The translations under genes and the position numbers were made by a program. From Octopus vulgaris (lineage: Eukaryota), in NCBI GenBank assembly GCA_951406725.2, contig OX597832.1, positions 42,408,001-42,472,000 of the forward strand: a stretch of 64,000 nt of DNA, in the 5' to 3' direction. This document shows, one piece after another, positions 40,931-55,776 of the stretch. The notes under the pieces were generated by a model. That model saw nothing but the letters and a program-made list of their open reading frames with translations, had not been told where the DNA came from and made no database searches. Numbering within the stretch: position 1 is the first letter of the stretch; each line of letters starts with the position of its first letter.

Positions 40931-41204
40931 AAACACACACACATACATACATACATACATACATACATACATACATAATACATACATACATACATACATA
41001 CATACATACATACATGCATGCATACATATATACATAAATGCGTGCATACATGCATACATACATACATAGATACATACATACATCCATACATACATACATC
41101 CATCCATCCATACATACATACATACATACATACATACATACATACATACATACATACATCCATCTATCCATCCATACATCCATCCATCCATCCATCCATG
41201 CATG

Positions 41205-41239
<35 letters not shown>

Positions 41240-41613
41240 GCACACACACGATGTGTGTGTGTGGTTATACATGCAAATACTAACGCGCATAAATAGATGT
41301 GTTAACAAACTTACTTCAACCGTTTTTCACTTTCCACGCAAAGTGCCACGAAAATACCTTTTTTTTGATCCCTAGTATACCACAAAGAATGAGATCCCCC
41401 CCCCCCCCCTAGAATAACAATCTACGCCGTACTCCAAGACGAACATATCCAAGGGTATAGCAACGAGATAACACATGACACACAGAACATTCACCATTCT
41501 TCATTTCAGAATGATGTTTAATTATAAACGATAGAAATAACCGATGTTTTTAGAGTTTCATTGAGAATTTCCGCAAGATATTTCTATGTTTTCTTTAATT
41601 AATTTCTCTCTCT

Positions 41614-41616
<3 letters not shown>

Positions 41617-41678
<62 letters not shown>

Positions 41679-41685
41679 CATTATT

Positions 41686-41748
<63 letters not shown>

Positions 41749-41774
41749 ATTATTATTATTATTATTGTTATTGC

Positions 41775-41828
<54 letters not shown>

Positions 41829-41829
41829 C

Positions 41830-41873
<44 letters not shown>

Positions 41874-41931
41874 TACTATTACTAATATTATTATTATTAC
41901 TATTACTATTACTATTATTATTATTATTATT

Positions 41932-41980
<49 letters not shown>

Positions 41981-41985
41981 CCACC

Positions 41986-42048
<63 letters not shown>

Positions 42049-42092
42049 TATTATTATTATTATTGTTATTATTATTGTTATTATTACTATTA

Positions 42093-42172
<80 letters not shown>

Positions 42173-42222
42173 GTTGTTGTTGTTGTTGTTGTTACTGCTG
42201 CTGTTGTTGTTGTTGTTGTTAT
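41617..42222. repeat. Long (ATT)n/(ATC)n/(GTT)n compound microsatellite
   Basis: Direct reading. Confidence 0.97.
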
Positions 42223-42436
42223 TATTTCCTACATATTTTCCTCTTTCCTTGACAATCTTTACTCTTTTCTTATTCCGTTATTCTATTTTCGGAAAAATAT
42301 TTTATTCTCATTTGTTAAAAATAATGTTGTTTTGTATTTTTGTTTTTGTCTTTTTTCCCCTTCCCTTCTAACATAACTCTCAATTAATCTAATTCAACTC
42401 AAATTAGATTTTCTGCCACTTTAAGAAGCTATGCTA

Positions 42437-42495
<59 letters not shown>

Positions 42496-43646
42496 ATGTA
42501 TGTCTGATGTGTGTATCTATGTGTATATGTGTATGTGTGTGCGCAAACACACATACACTATCTCTCCTTCATCCAGTGCTTTATTTAAAGAGAATATGCG
42601 GCAGTACAGTAAATATGCCAATTAAAACCAAACATTGACAGAGAAAGTGAAAGTAAAAGAAAAGATGGCGGCTGTAGTCTCAGTCTATGCTATTTAATTT
42701 ACTTTACGTTAATTTTATAATTTTTTTTATGAACTCACATATAAAATTAAACCCTCTACATTCTAAGTTCAAATACCGCCGGCAAGAAATTTCTTTTTTT
42801 TTCTTCTTTTTTTGACCTCCAGGGTCAATAAAATAATTACCATTTACATACTAAATTGATTTTCGCTCTCTTCCGGTGCCATGCAAACACCGGCGTTTAT
42901 GGACCTCTATGAAGATTCTTGATTTTTCACGATTTTTCTTGGAAGCTCTGACCCTAATCCCTATTACCTTTTGTCGACCTACTTATAGTTCACTCTACTA
43001 TTCTGCAGCATTCTCGAGCTTCCTCTTGAAGTCCTGGGCCTATTTTACCCCCACCCCAGGCAAGAAAACAGGATCTCTTGACATTATGGCTTATCCGCAA
43101 AAACTGATGGGACTGTGTGAAACATATCTAGGCGCCAGCCTCCCTCAGAGCCCTTTATTTCTTAGTCACTGGACCATCTTCTGTTATTTGATCCACAAGT
43201 AAAGCTCTTGACAGGTAGTACCACCCTGGGTAGGAGTAGACCTTGAAGTAATGACGATTAAGAATAACTCCTCTCTCACCAAATCTCTGAACTCCCAAAC
43301 TGGAGTCTGAGTACCGGAAGCAAGTTAATGTCTTGCCTAAGACATAGGTTGAATCAAGTCATTATGCTCGCTTTTAATTTCTTTTGCGGGGAGATAATTA
43401 ATATAGCAGTTGTAACCTGGGCATTAAGGGCAAATTTGCTTTGTGTGAGTCAATTAATTTATTGCTTAATTTTTGAAATACTTACGACTATTCTTTATTT
43501 CCCTTGGGTGCCTCACTAGCAATAGTCAGAAGAGTGGTTTGCTCTAAGTTCTCCGGTGATTAAATTTCATCTCATTACATAATGATTTTTTTTTTTTTAC
43601 ATCTCTGTGTTTGGGTAGTCAATTTAGAAAAAAAAATGTCAAAACA

Positions 43647-44092
43647 GGTGCAGGCGTGGCTGTGTGGTTAGAAGTTTGCTTCTCAATCACATGGTCCCGG
43701 GTTCAGCCTCACTGCGTGGCACCTTGGGTGAGTGTATTCTGCTATAGCCTCGGGTCGACCAAAGCCTTGTGAGTGAATTGCGTAGACAGAAGCTGAAAGA
43801 AGCTTGTCACACAAACACATGTATGTATGTATGTATGTATGTATGTATGTATGTATGTATGTATGTATGTATGTATGTATGTAGATATGTGTGTGTATTT
43901 GCGTTGGTGTTGTCCTCCCCCACCATTTGAGAACCGATGTTTGTGTGTTTCCGTCCCCGTAAATTAGCAGTTCGGCAATATAGATCGAGGTACCAGGTTT
44001 TAAAAACGTACGGCGATCAATACATTAGATTAAAAATTCAAGACGGTGCCCCAGCATGGCCGCAGTCTAATGACTGAAGCAAGCAAAAGATA
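43647..44092 (+). mobile_element. SINE family A with internal (TATG)n expansion
   Basis: Head GGCGTGGCTGTGTGG, tail CGGTGCCCCAGCATGGCCGCAGTC. Confidence 0.85.
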
Positions 44093-44109
44093 ATAAATAA
44101 CAGATATCA

Positions 44110-44540
44110 TCATCGGCAAAGTACCAGTCAAGTACTGGGATCGCGAGTATCTACTGATCTGCTTCCTTCAAAATTGCAGGCCTTGTGCTCAAATAGGAAA
44201 CTGTTATTACTATCAAAACATTATTTTTTCTAGCTCATCACAGTATGAGTTCAAATTCCGCTGAGGTCGATTTTGCCTTTCATTCTTTCGCAGGGTCGAC
44301 TACATCGTCCCACAATTTCAGGCCTTGTGCCAAAATTAGAAAGGGTTGGCACACCGGGCAAAATAAAATGCTTAGCGGCATTTCGTTCGGTTTTACGTTC
44401 AGAGTTCAAATTCCACCGAGGTCGATTTTGCTTTTTTATCCTTTCGGTGTTGATAAAATAAGTACCAGTTGCGTAACTGGGGCCGATGTAATCGTCTTAC
44501 CTCCTCCCCAGTTGCTGGCCTTGTGTCCAAATTTCAAGCC
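44110..44540 (+). mobile_element. Degenerate family B SINE cluster
   Basis: GAGTTCAAATTCC..GAGGTCGATTTTGC twice; AAGTACCAG twice. Confidence 0.7.
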
Positions 44541-44541
44541 A

Positions 44542-45041
44542 TTATCCTCAGCTGATACTGAAAGACAGTGATTAACTAATCACTGGTATTGCAAATAGCC
44601 GGCAAGTTTGGTAAAAAAAAATCATTATTAGCACTATACGCTATTAGTTTTCTGCAGTATATCCAAGTTAAGTAAGATATACAGAATGCCATTTGGAACT
44701 AATACTGCTTCGGTTGGTAATTAATAATAATATCTCCTTACTTTCAAATAGAGCTGTTTCGTCAAGTAACTGATTAACTTGCTCAAAATTGGTTTCGTTC
44801 GAAACTATGCAGATATTATTAATTCATTATTAACGATGGAAGCAGTGTTAATTCAAAATAGCATTCTGTATATCTTGCTTAACGTGGATATACCGCAGAA
44901 AGCTACATAATTGTGGTGTTGATCTTGCGAAGGCATCTCTAACAGCGCATAGTGTTAATAATGAATTCTTACATAACTTGTTGGCTATTTGCGATACCAG
45001 CATTTTGTTAATCACTGTTTTTCAATATGAGTAGAGGATAA
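44542..45041. mobile_element. ~500 bp foldback MITE (diverged arms)
   Basis: TTATCCTC..GAAAGACAGTGATTAAC..GCAAATAGCC..AAGATATACAGAATGC..CTGCTTC inverted with GAAGCAG..GCATTCTGTATATCTT..GGCTATTTGC..GTTAATCACTGT..GAGGATAA. Confidence 0.8.
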
Positions 45042-45051
45042 ATTTGTTTAA

Positions 45052-45269
45052 CCCTTTCGTTACTGTATTTATTTTGAGATACTCTGTGTTTCTATCAATT
45101 ACTTTAAATATAACAAAGAATTTAGTAATAACTTAGTTATTATTCAGCCAGTATTAGGAAAATAAATTGTGGCCAAGGTTTGGTGGAAGATTTTAATTCA
45201 AAACTTATGAAAACAAGACATTTGTACTCAGACCCAGAGGCGGTTTCAGTCGGGTTGGTAATGAAAGGG
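45052..45269. mobile_element. piggyBac-type MITE
   Basis: TTAA at 45048-45051 and 45270-45273; TIRs CCCTTTCGTTAC / GTAATGAAAGGG. Confidence 0.85.
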
Positions 45270-45894
45270 TTAAGCTGGCGTTGTAAGAGGCTGCCTGCTA
45301 CCGACGACTTGCAAATACACAGATATCTAGATTTAGCACTTCCAGCGCTGCTGCCAGACGATTTTCGTCTGCTTCTGTGCCTTTCAGCACTAAATTTCAA
45401 TTTGAAATGCTTTCTCGAGACGAATGCCCTAGTTGTGTTGCTTTCTACAAAATATCCATTCTGTAAGATATACAGAATGCTAGTGATCATTAACAGCATT
45501 GATGCCGTTATTATTAAATAGTCCGTACTTTTTTTTTTACATTACAACATGTCGGATCTTTGCAGACGTTAATATATCGTCTGCTTTCTTTGAATTTTAA
45601 AATCATTTCTTTAAACACATAATTTCCAAAAATGCAACTATTACTTTAAACACGAACAGCTAACACACAACGTAATTTGCTTCTTTCAAGATGTTTGATA
45701 CTTTAAGATGTAAAAATAAAATAAACATGACAACACTCAATTTAACAACCGACATACAAGTCGTAAAAGCGTAAAGAAAACAGACTTTTACGAGGGGGGA
45801 ACTCGTTAGTAAAGATTGCTGCGATCTTTTGATGCTTTGCGGTGGTAAATTTAGCTCAGATAATCTGTTATTGTCGTAATTTCCACTGTCTAGG

Positions 45895-46245
<351 letters not shown>

Positions 46246-46346
46246 ATTTTGCACCAGAGGTCACTATGAGAGTTTCTCTCTATGTTATTTACCGCAGTAT
46301 AGTTTGTTCTTAAAGAACATCTACGTTTAAGTGAGGATAAAAATTC

Positions 46347-46347
<1 letters not shown>

Positions 46348-46377
<30 letters not shown>

Positions 46378-46582
46378 TGTATGTATGTATGTATGTATGT
46401 ATGTATGTATTGTATGTATGTATGTATGTGTGTATGTATGTATGTATGTATGTATGTATGTGTGTGTGTATGTATGTATGTATTTATGTATGTATGTATG
46501 TGTGTATGTATGTATGTATGTATGTATGTATGTATGTATGTATGTATGTGTGTGTGTATGTATGTATGTATGTATGTATGTA

Positions 46583-46613
<31 letters not shown>

Positions 46614-47006
46614 ATGTATGTATGTATGTGTGTGTGTATGTATGTATGTGTGTATGTATGTATGTATGTATGTATGTATGTATGTATGTATGTATGTGTG
46701 TGTATGTATGTATGTATGTATGTATGTATGTATGTATGTATGTGTGTGTGTATGTATGTGTGTGTATGTATGTATGTATGTATGTATGTATGTATGTATG
46801 TATGTGTGTATGTATGTATGTGTGTGTGTATGTATGTATGTATGTATGTATGTATGCATGCATGTATGTATGTATGCATGCATGTATGTGTGTATGTATG
46901 TATGTATGTATGTGTGTATGTATGTATGTATGTGTGTATGTATGTATGTATGTGTGTATGTATGTATGTATGTATGTATGTGTGTATGTATGTATGTGTG
47001 TGTGTA

Positions 47007-47037
<31 letters not shown>

Positions 47038-47058
47038 ATGTATGTATGTATGTATGTA

Positions 47059-47091
<33 letters not shown>

Positions 47092-47177
47092 ATGTATGTA
47101 TGTATGTGTGTGTATGTATGTATTTATGTATGTATGTATGTATGTATGTATGTGTGTGCGTGTGTGTGTGTGTGTGT
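46348..47177. repeat. ~830 bp (TATG)n/(TG)n tract
   Basis: Direct reading. Confidence 0.97.
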
Positions 47178-47271
47178 ATCTACAAACATAAATAAAATAC
47201 ATTAACTGATATAAACTGAACACAATGCGCAAAATAGAATTATCTTTATCTTCTCTTTTAAAGTATTTTTT

Positions 47272-47477
47272 AGTTGTTTCAGACAGTAGACTGTGGCCAT
47301 GCTGGGGCACCGCCTTAGAGAATATTTAATCGAATGAATAGATCCCAGTACTTACGTTTACAAAGCCTGATGCTTATTCTATCGTGCTCTTTTGACGAAC
47401 CGCTAAGTTAAGGGCACGTAAACACACCAGCAACGGTTTTCAAGCGGTGGTGGGAGGGAGATAAACACAGACATAAA

Positions 47478-47524
<47 letters not shown>

Positions 47525-47695
47525 ACACACGCACATGTATACAACGAGCTTCTTTCAGTTTCCATCTACCAAATCCACTCACAAGGCTTTGGTCGGTTCG
47601 AGGCTGTAGTAGAAGAAACTCACCCAAGGTACCATGCAGTGGGATTGAGCCCGGAACCATATGGTCGGGAAGCGAGCTTCTCACCACACAGCCAG
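47272..47695 (-). mobile_element. SINE family A
   Basis: Matches the other family A copies over the full length. Confidence 0.85.
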
Positions 47696-47734
47696 TGACT
47701 TCAAAAACCTGGTTTTTCTAACTAATGACAGATA

Positions 47735-48125
47735 TCTTTATATATAAAAGTGAGGTTGTGTGTCTGTCTCCTACGATTTAGATTCCTAACTACTCCCACA
47801 TTTTGCGGTGCAGTTTAACCAAAACCGGGTATCTTATAGTCGTGATTCATATCGAGCCCTTCTGGGTATTAGCGAGCATCCACGATGAGTCTACGATTTA
47901 AAAAAAATTTACCATCAATTTTTCCCATTTTTAATGCATTTTTGGCATATATAAGGGAAGTAATTCTCTACAAATTTATTATTAAATCTCAGAACGTAAA
48001 AAGCTACAGTAACACCCCCCTTTGTGGTTAGCCATATTGAGATGGCTATTATACTTTACATCTCTAAAAATGCTTATATAGTTATTTCCCTTACAAACCC
48101 GAGCAACGCCGGGCGATACTGCTAG
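47735..48125 (+). mobile_element. Non-autonomous Helitron
   Basis: 5' A|TCTTTATATATAAAA; subterminal hairpin CCCGAGCAACGCCGGG (48098-48113); 3' CTAG|T; no TSD. Confidence 0.8.
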
Positions 48126-48633
48126 TTAACCATATATAATAAACAGGACATAGATTTCCGAAGTAGGACAAATTATTGAAAGGGGCGGAGCAATGGTCTC
48201 AATAAAGAACACAAATTACACTCTGATAGAAACGACCGAAGTTTGATTCGTATTCAATAAATAACAAAAACGGAGACAAATTATGATATTTAGGAAGGAA
48301 AATGGTCAGACGCAGAGTAAGTATAGAGCAAAGTCTGTTATGCAGATATGATTGTAGGCATTGGTGGAACGACTTATGCACTAATAAATACAATGTCGCC
48401 GAAGTTGAAGAACGATCATGTTCGTTAGCAATAGAAATTATTGGGGAGGAAAAAAACTGAGAAGAAATTGATATTGTAAGGTTTAATGGTGATCTTATAG
48501 GAAAAGCGATTGAAAAATATTTAAAAAAAACAATACAAAAGCAGCATCTAAAAAATATTATTGATGAAAAATAAAAGTACAATATAGTCGTGCTTTCATT
48601 AAAACCTTAAAAGGAGAGCTGTCCCCATATCTA

Positions 48634-48892
<259 letters not shown>

Positions 48893-48910
48893 CATATATA
48901 TTTATATTTA

Positions 48911-48970
<60 letters not shown>

Positions 48971-49302
48971 CATATATATACATGTATGCATATGCATACA
49001 CACACACACACATATATATATATATTATATTATATATGTATATGTATGTATATATATGTATATGTATATATATATATACATATATATGTATATATAATGT
49101 ATATGTTTGTATACATGCATATGTGTGTGTATGTGAGGAGAGGGGAAAAAAGATTTAAATTCAGAAAGTGAAACACAGTGAAGGAAAGAGATAAAGGGAA
49201 AGAAAGAAGGAAAGACAAATATATACAGATCTACACACTCCTCTACACACACCCACACACACACACACATAATATATATAGGTGTGGTGTATGGATATAT
49301 AT

Positions 49303-49346
<44 letters not shown>

Positions 49347-49379
49347 GTACATACTTACATACCTAAATATAAATATGTA

Positions 49380-49457
<78 letters not shown>

Positions 49458-50016
49458 GAGAGAGTGTAAGAGAGAGACATACATATGTACATACGTATCT
49501 CTACGTTTAGTACATTATAGTTTTTTTATAGTTACTATGCAATATAAAATGACGGCAGCAGTCCATATTGTCATAATTTCCTGCTCATTTCTTTTCCCAA
49601 CTCATTTCCCATTTATTTCATTACAACACATAAAAAAACTGTCCTTTATAGATGTATAGTTATTCTGTAATACCTTGCATGACTCGCAAATTAGGAAACA
49701 GACGGAATATTAAAGATCTCTATTGACATGACTCTAATAACACATCGCAAACGACGTGAAGTCCTTTTTATATATGGCGGATTGTTTGGTTGGTTATTTT
49801 TACCACTTAGAAACGCTTAAAAATAAGGCACTCCGTTTGAAAATATATGTATGTGTCTATGTATATACATACACATACAAACATGTATGTATGTATGTAT
49901 ACATATATATATATATGTGTGTACGTGCGTATATGTGAAATATATGTATGAATACATTTATAAAGTGTATCCATCAATCATTTCCCCCAATCCTATTTGC
50001 ACATTGAAGCCTACGT

Positions 50017-50062
<46 letters not shown>

Positions 50063-50125
50063 TGTACGCATATTTGTTCATACACACACACACACAAGCA
50101 CCCAGCCACAACAAATACACACGCA

Positions 50126-50352
50126 TAATCGACTTAATCCGTTTCTCTGTCCTTGTTTGTCCCCTCTGTGTTTAGCCCCTTATGGGCAGTAAAGAAATAG
50201 GTATTACGTTCTGAGTTCAAATTCCGCCAAGGTCGACTTTGCCTTTCATCCTTTCGGGGTTGATAAATTGAGTACCAGTTGTGTACTGGGGTCAATCTAA
50301 TCGACTGGCCTTCTCCCCCCAAATTTCGGGCCTTGTGCCTAGAGTAGAAAAA
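50126..50352 (+). mobile_element. Family B SINE, 5'-truncated dimer
   Basis: Tail 1 followed by a headless unit with tail 2. Confidence 0.8.
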
Positions 50353-50673
50353 GAAAAAAAAAATCAAATACAACAACAGCGGTTACAGATAATTCATACA
50401 AGATATAGCTGAATAAATTCAAGATTACTTATTTTAACTTCAGTTTTTTTTCTCGAATCTTCAGAAATAGCAACGGAAAACATTGCTATACAAATGCTTG
50501 TGTATATATATAAAAAAAATGTGGAAGAAGGAAGTACAGAAAAGAGCGTGGAAGAAGCACGTGAACTGCATAGTGAACGGGATATTTATGCAATTAAAAC
50601 TCGAAAGTATACAACTGTTGATAGGGACACCGAAAAATTTTGCATAATTAATGAAAAAAAAGATAAAACGGTT

Positions 50674-50707
<34 letters not shown>

Positions 50708-51136
50708 CGCATGTCTATCTTTAAATTTATAACAGTTATTTTAGAGAGCGAATGTTTCCTTAGCGAATAATGTACTTTGAGTATATTTACTTAGCCTTTT
50801 TTTTTCTTTTTAGATTTCTGAAAAAATATAAATCCATCGTATAGAAAGATAACATGGATGTATTCGTAAACCGTTTCGCTAAAAACAAATTTTCAAGATG
50901 GCGTGATGAAATATTTACTTTCATCTTTTAGTCAAAGTAGAGGGGTTTACTCTCTTGAGTTATTTGATAGGCAGTATGCAAAGTTATAATATAAGGTATA
51001 TCTTTGGGATTTTTTATTATTCACAATTAACAACGATGATAGAGAAGAACAAAGATTCTTGCCAGTCGTGTTTGAATCTATCATAACTGGATTTTTATAA
51101 TGAAACGTTGATCTCGTTAAATAGTATAACTATCTT

Positions 51137-51550
51137 ATTTCTTTACTGCCCACAAGGGGCTAAACATAGAGGGGACAAACAAGGACAGACAAACGGATTA
51201 AGTCGATTACATCGACCCCAGTGATTAACTGGTACTTATTTAATCGACCCCGAAAGGATAAAAGGCAAAGTCGACCTCGGCCGAATTTGAACTCAGATCG
51301 TAGTGGCAGACGAAATACCTATTTCTTTACTACTCACAAGGGGCTAAACCCAGAGGGGACAAACAAGGACAGACAAACAGATTAAGTCGATTACATCGAG
51401 CCCAGTGCGTAACTGGTTCTTATTTAATCGACTCCGAAAGAATAAAAGGCAAAGTCGATCTCGGTGGAATTTGAACTCAGAACGTAATGGCTGACGAAAT
51501 ACGGCTACGCATTTCGCCCGGCGTGCTAACGTTTCTGCCAGCTAACTGAC
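51137..51550 (-). mobile_element. Family B SINE dimer with perfect 20-bp TSD
   Basis: TTAAATAGTATAACTATCTT at 51117-51136 and 51551-51570. Confidence 0.9.
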
Positions 51551-51730
51551 TTAAATAGTATAACTATCTTTCTATCTGTTTGTCTATCTAATGATAATTA
51601 CTGGTAGTAACAACAATTAATTAATTTTTTCTGTAATAAGAAATTTTCAAGTCGAGGACAATTACATTCAACATAGTTACTATTCTTGGCCAAAAATATT
51701 CTAAAGACTTTGTGTTAAATTTGTAGTGGA

Positions 51731-52143
51731 GAGTAGCTTACTTACCAACCACATGGTTCCGGGTTCAGTCCCACTGCGTGGCACCTTCAGTCCCACTGCG
51801 GGCAAGTGTCTTCTACTATAGCATGGGGCCGACCAAAGCCTTGTGAGTGGATTTGGTAGACGGAAACTGAAAGAAGCCCGTTGTATATATGTATATGTAT
51901 ATATGTATGTGTGTGTTTGTGTGTTTGTGTTTCTCCCCACCCACCAACATCGCTTGACAACCGATGCTGATGTGTTTATGTCCCCGTAACATTAGCGGTT
52001 CGACAAAAGAGACCGATAGAATAAGTACCAGGTTTACAAAGAATAAGTCCTAGGGTCGATTTGCTCGACCTAAAGGCGGTGCTCCAGCATGGCCGCAGTC
52101 AAATGACTTAAAGAAGTAAAAGAGTTAAAGAGTAAAAAAGAGT
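51731..52143 (+). mobile_element. SINE family A
   Basis: Family A body with a local duplication of TTCAGTCCCACTGCG. Confidence 0.88.
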
Positions 52144-52179
52144 ATATATATATATACACATTCATCGATATATACATAT

Positions 52180-52390
<211 letters not shown>

Positions 52391-53195
52391 TACATATATA
52401 CATACACACACGTGAAGACACACAAACATACACACACACATATAGGTATACATACATGGATGTATATACATGCATTCTCACACACATGACTATACCCACA
52501 CCCACACATAAACAGAGGCGAATTTGTTTGTTGGCATTGTAGTAATGAGCCGGTCATTTAGTGGCATCTCTCTCTACAGAATTGAAGAGACCATTCTAGA
52601 ATGTGTAACCCTGCGAAGTCTCTCACTTAAGCCCTCAAGAAAAGATAATAAACCAAATATTACATTAATGAAACGAGCAAGACTCATCTTCGCCATTGTA
52701 ATGGCGCATGATACTTAAGTGCTTCCGTTGGCCACTTGAAGTATTGCATGTCCATACTCTCACGAGAACGTACTGACTTCTATACACACCCCCACAATCA
52801 CGTGCGCACATATTCACGGATATACATTTTAGACATATTTTTAATATGCCAGGCAAATTTGTGAAACAATAGAGAGCATTTAGATCATGTGTTTCTTTAC
52901 GCACCAATCTCGAGTTCCATTGTTTTATTCCGACAACAAGTGTCACGGATGGAGTGTCAGTCCATTCCGCTTTATCGAAGTTCATGCCACCGATCAGTAT
53001 GACGCCCTCCAACTTACACAAGTACGCACATGTGTGGGTGGGTGCCTCTATGTGTGTGTATGTGTGGGTGGGTGCCTCTATGTGTGTGTGTATGTGTGTG
53101 TGTGTGCCTCTATGTGTATGTCTAAGTTTGTGTGTAAGTTTATATATGAGCATATATATGCGTGTGTGTGTATATCTATCTATCTGTCTATCTGC

Positions 53196-53293
<98 letters not shown>

Positions 53294-53509
53294 GTATGTA
53301 TGTATATATATATATATACACATACACATGCATATATACATATAGATATACACACTCACATATATGCACAAATACACACACATATATTGTATAAGTATGA
53401 ATATGTATGCCTATATATGTGTATATATATATATATGTGTATATATATATATATATGTATATATATATGTATATATATCTATATCTATATATATCTATAT
53501 ATCTATATC

Positions 53510-53567
<58 letters not shown>

Positions 53568-54257
53568 CCAACATATACATATGTATGTATGTATCTATCT
53601 ATCTTTCTCTCTCTCTCTCTCTCTCTCTTTATATATATATATATATGTATGTATATAATATATATACACACTTATATACACATATACATACATACGATGA
53701 AGGGAGTTGGACTTTTGCTAATATCTCTCTGTGGCTGTTTACTAGTTACATATTCAAAATTCTGGAACATTGCAAGCTCCAATTATGAGCCTTACGATCT
53801 TCAGTAAATCCGAGCTTTTCCAAACAGCTGTTAAGAAACTATGCATTCTCTTCTTAGTATTCTGTATCAATGTAAATATATTCATATATATATTCCACTG
53901 GTGATGCCCCAGCATGGCCACAATTTAAATAATAAAAGAATAAAAGAATACACACACATATATATATATATATATAAATATACATACACTACGAGCTTCC
54001 TCACAGTTTCCAACAACCAAGTTCATTCATAAGGCATCGGTCGGCCCGGGGTTATAGGATGACAGAGTTATGCTTTGTATAAACTGCTATTCCTCCGACC
54101 AACCGATCATCATCATCAATTGTCATCATTGCCATTAGCATTCCTGTGACCACCACCTCAAATTTTGTCGTCATCATCGTCGTCGTTGTCATTATCCTTG
54201 CCGCCGTCTTTAACATTAGCAGGAACTAAAAAACAAAAAAAAAAAGCTGTAACAAAT

Positions 54258-54344
54258 GTAACAACAACAACAACTACAGCAACAAAAAAAGTAACAACAT
54301 GAATAATAAGCAACACTAACACCACCACCACCACCACCACCACC

Positions 54345-54376
<32 letters not shown>

Positions 54377-54592
54377 GAACAACAAGAACAACAAGAACAA
54401 CAACAACACCCCTACCACCATTAACAACAAAAACAGCAACAGGAATATCAACATCAATAACAAGAAGAAAATCACAACAGCAGATTGAAAAATAAACAAA
54501 CATCAAGAATAAAAGAGGCGGCAGCAAGCATCGCCGCCGCCTTTATCACTGCCGCTAACTCTTCAAGCACCACCACCACCACCACCACCACC

Positions 54593-54624
<32 letters not shown>

Positions 54625-54990
54625 CGCCAGCAACACCACCAGCTCCATTACCACCACCAGTACCACCACCAGCACCACCACCACCAACACCAACACCAAC
54701 ACCACCACCAACATCACCATCACCACCACCACCAGTATCACACCCCACCCAACAACCACCAGCGTCACCACTACCACCACCAGTACCACCACCAGCACCA
54801 CCGCCACCACCACCCCACAAACACCAGTACCAGTACCAGTACCAGTACCACTAGCACATGCATCGCCACCACCAGCACCAGCACCACCAACACCACAAGC
54901 GCCACCACAACCACCAGCGTCACCACTACCACCATTACCATCACCACCACCGCAAGAATAAAAACAACAACAACAACGACAGCAACAACG
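54258..54990. repeat. (CAC/CAA)n low-complexity tract
   Basis: Direct reading. Confidence 0.9.
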
Positions 54991-55317
54991 AAGACCAAAA
55001 GGAGAATACGAGACTGATTTCAAAAAAAAAAGTACGGTGCTGCCACTTCGGAGTTATTTGTTACTCTTAAGTCAGGAATTACAAATGGAATATTTCGCGA
55101 TTGTTTCGTGTTCAATCGATACTGATTTCTAAATGAAATCCCACAACTGATCGATCACACAAGCTAATTACTACATTAGTTCTGTGAAATTGCATAATTA
55201 CAAGAATCATTATGAAGAATCGATCTGTAAAAGCCGATAACAGAATGAACCAGAATCAAATTGCCAATAACCTCTGATCCCTCTTCAATGGTAAATATAA
55301 CGAGAGTGAAGAAGTTA

Positions 55318-55370
<53 letters not shown>

Positions 55371-55458
55371 TTATATACATACATATATATATATGTATAT
55401 ATCTATATATATGTACGTATGGGTGTGTATATATAAATATATATGTATATATATACAG

Positions 55459-55690
55459 CCTGTGGAACCTGCACAGAGTAGGTGTAGGGGTTTTAAAATC
55501 AAAGCTGGACCTCTTCCTGTCGAGAGTCCCAGATGAACCTACCTCACAGCAAGAGGTGCAAACGAGGGTAGCTACACCAAACTCCATTCTTCACCAAGTA
55601 CCACATATTAGAGGAGGCTCTCAGTAATAATAGTGTAGCAAAACGGCGGTGCATCAGCATGGCTACAGCTCTGAGCTGAAACTAGAGAGA
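55459..55690 (+). mobile_element. 3' end of a CR1-group LINE (ORF2 C-terminus plus 3' UTR)
   Basis: [38 protein letters not shown] resembles the FK.KLD.FL..VPD.P...NSL..Q C-terminus; stop at 55627; UTR GGCGGTGCATCAGCATGGCTACAGC..CTGAAAC. Confidence 0.7.
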
Positions 55691-55776
55691 AAATATATAT
55701 ATATAAAGGAGTAAGCACATAAATGTGAAACAAGGGGGGGGGAAGAGTACTCAAATACCAGAAGTAGAGTAATATG

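Noticed and set aside
42876-43330. 108-aa ORF and adjacent complex sequence
   Set aside because: No recognisable domain; more likely a decayed LINE or repeat on the opposite strand, too degenerate to call
48300-48575. Purine-rich reading frame MVRRRVSIEQ...
   Set aside because: Internal stop, no recognisable motif or splice support
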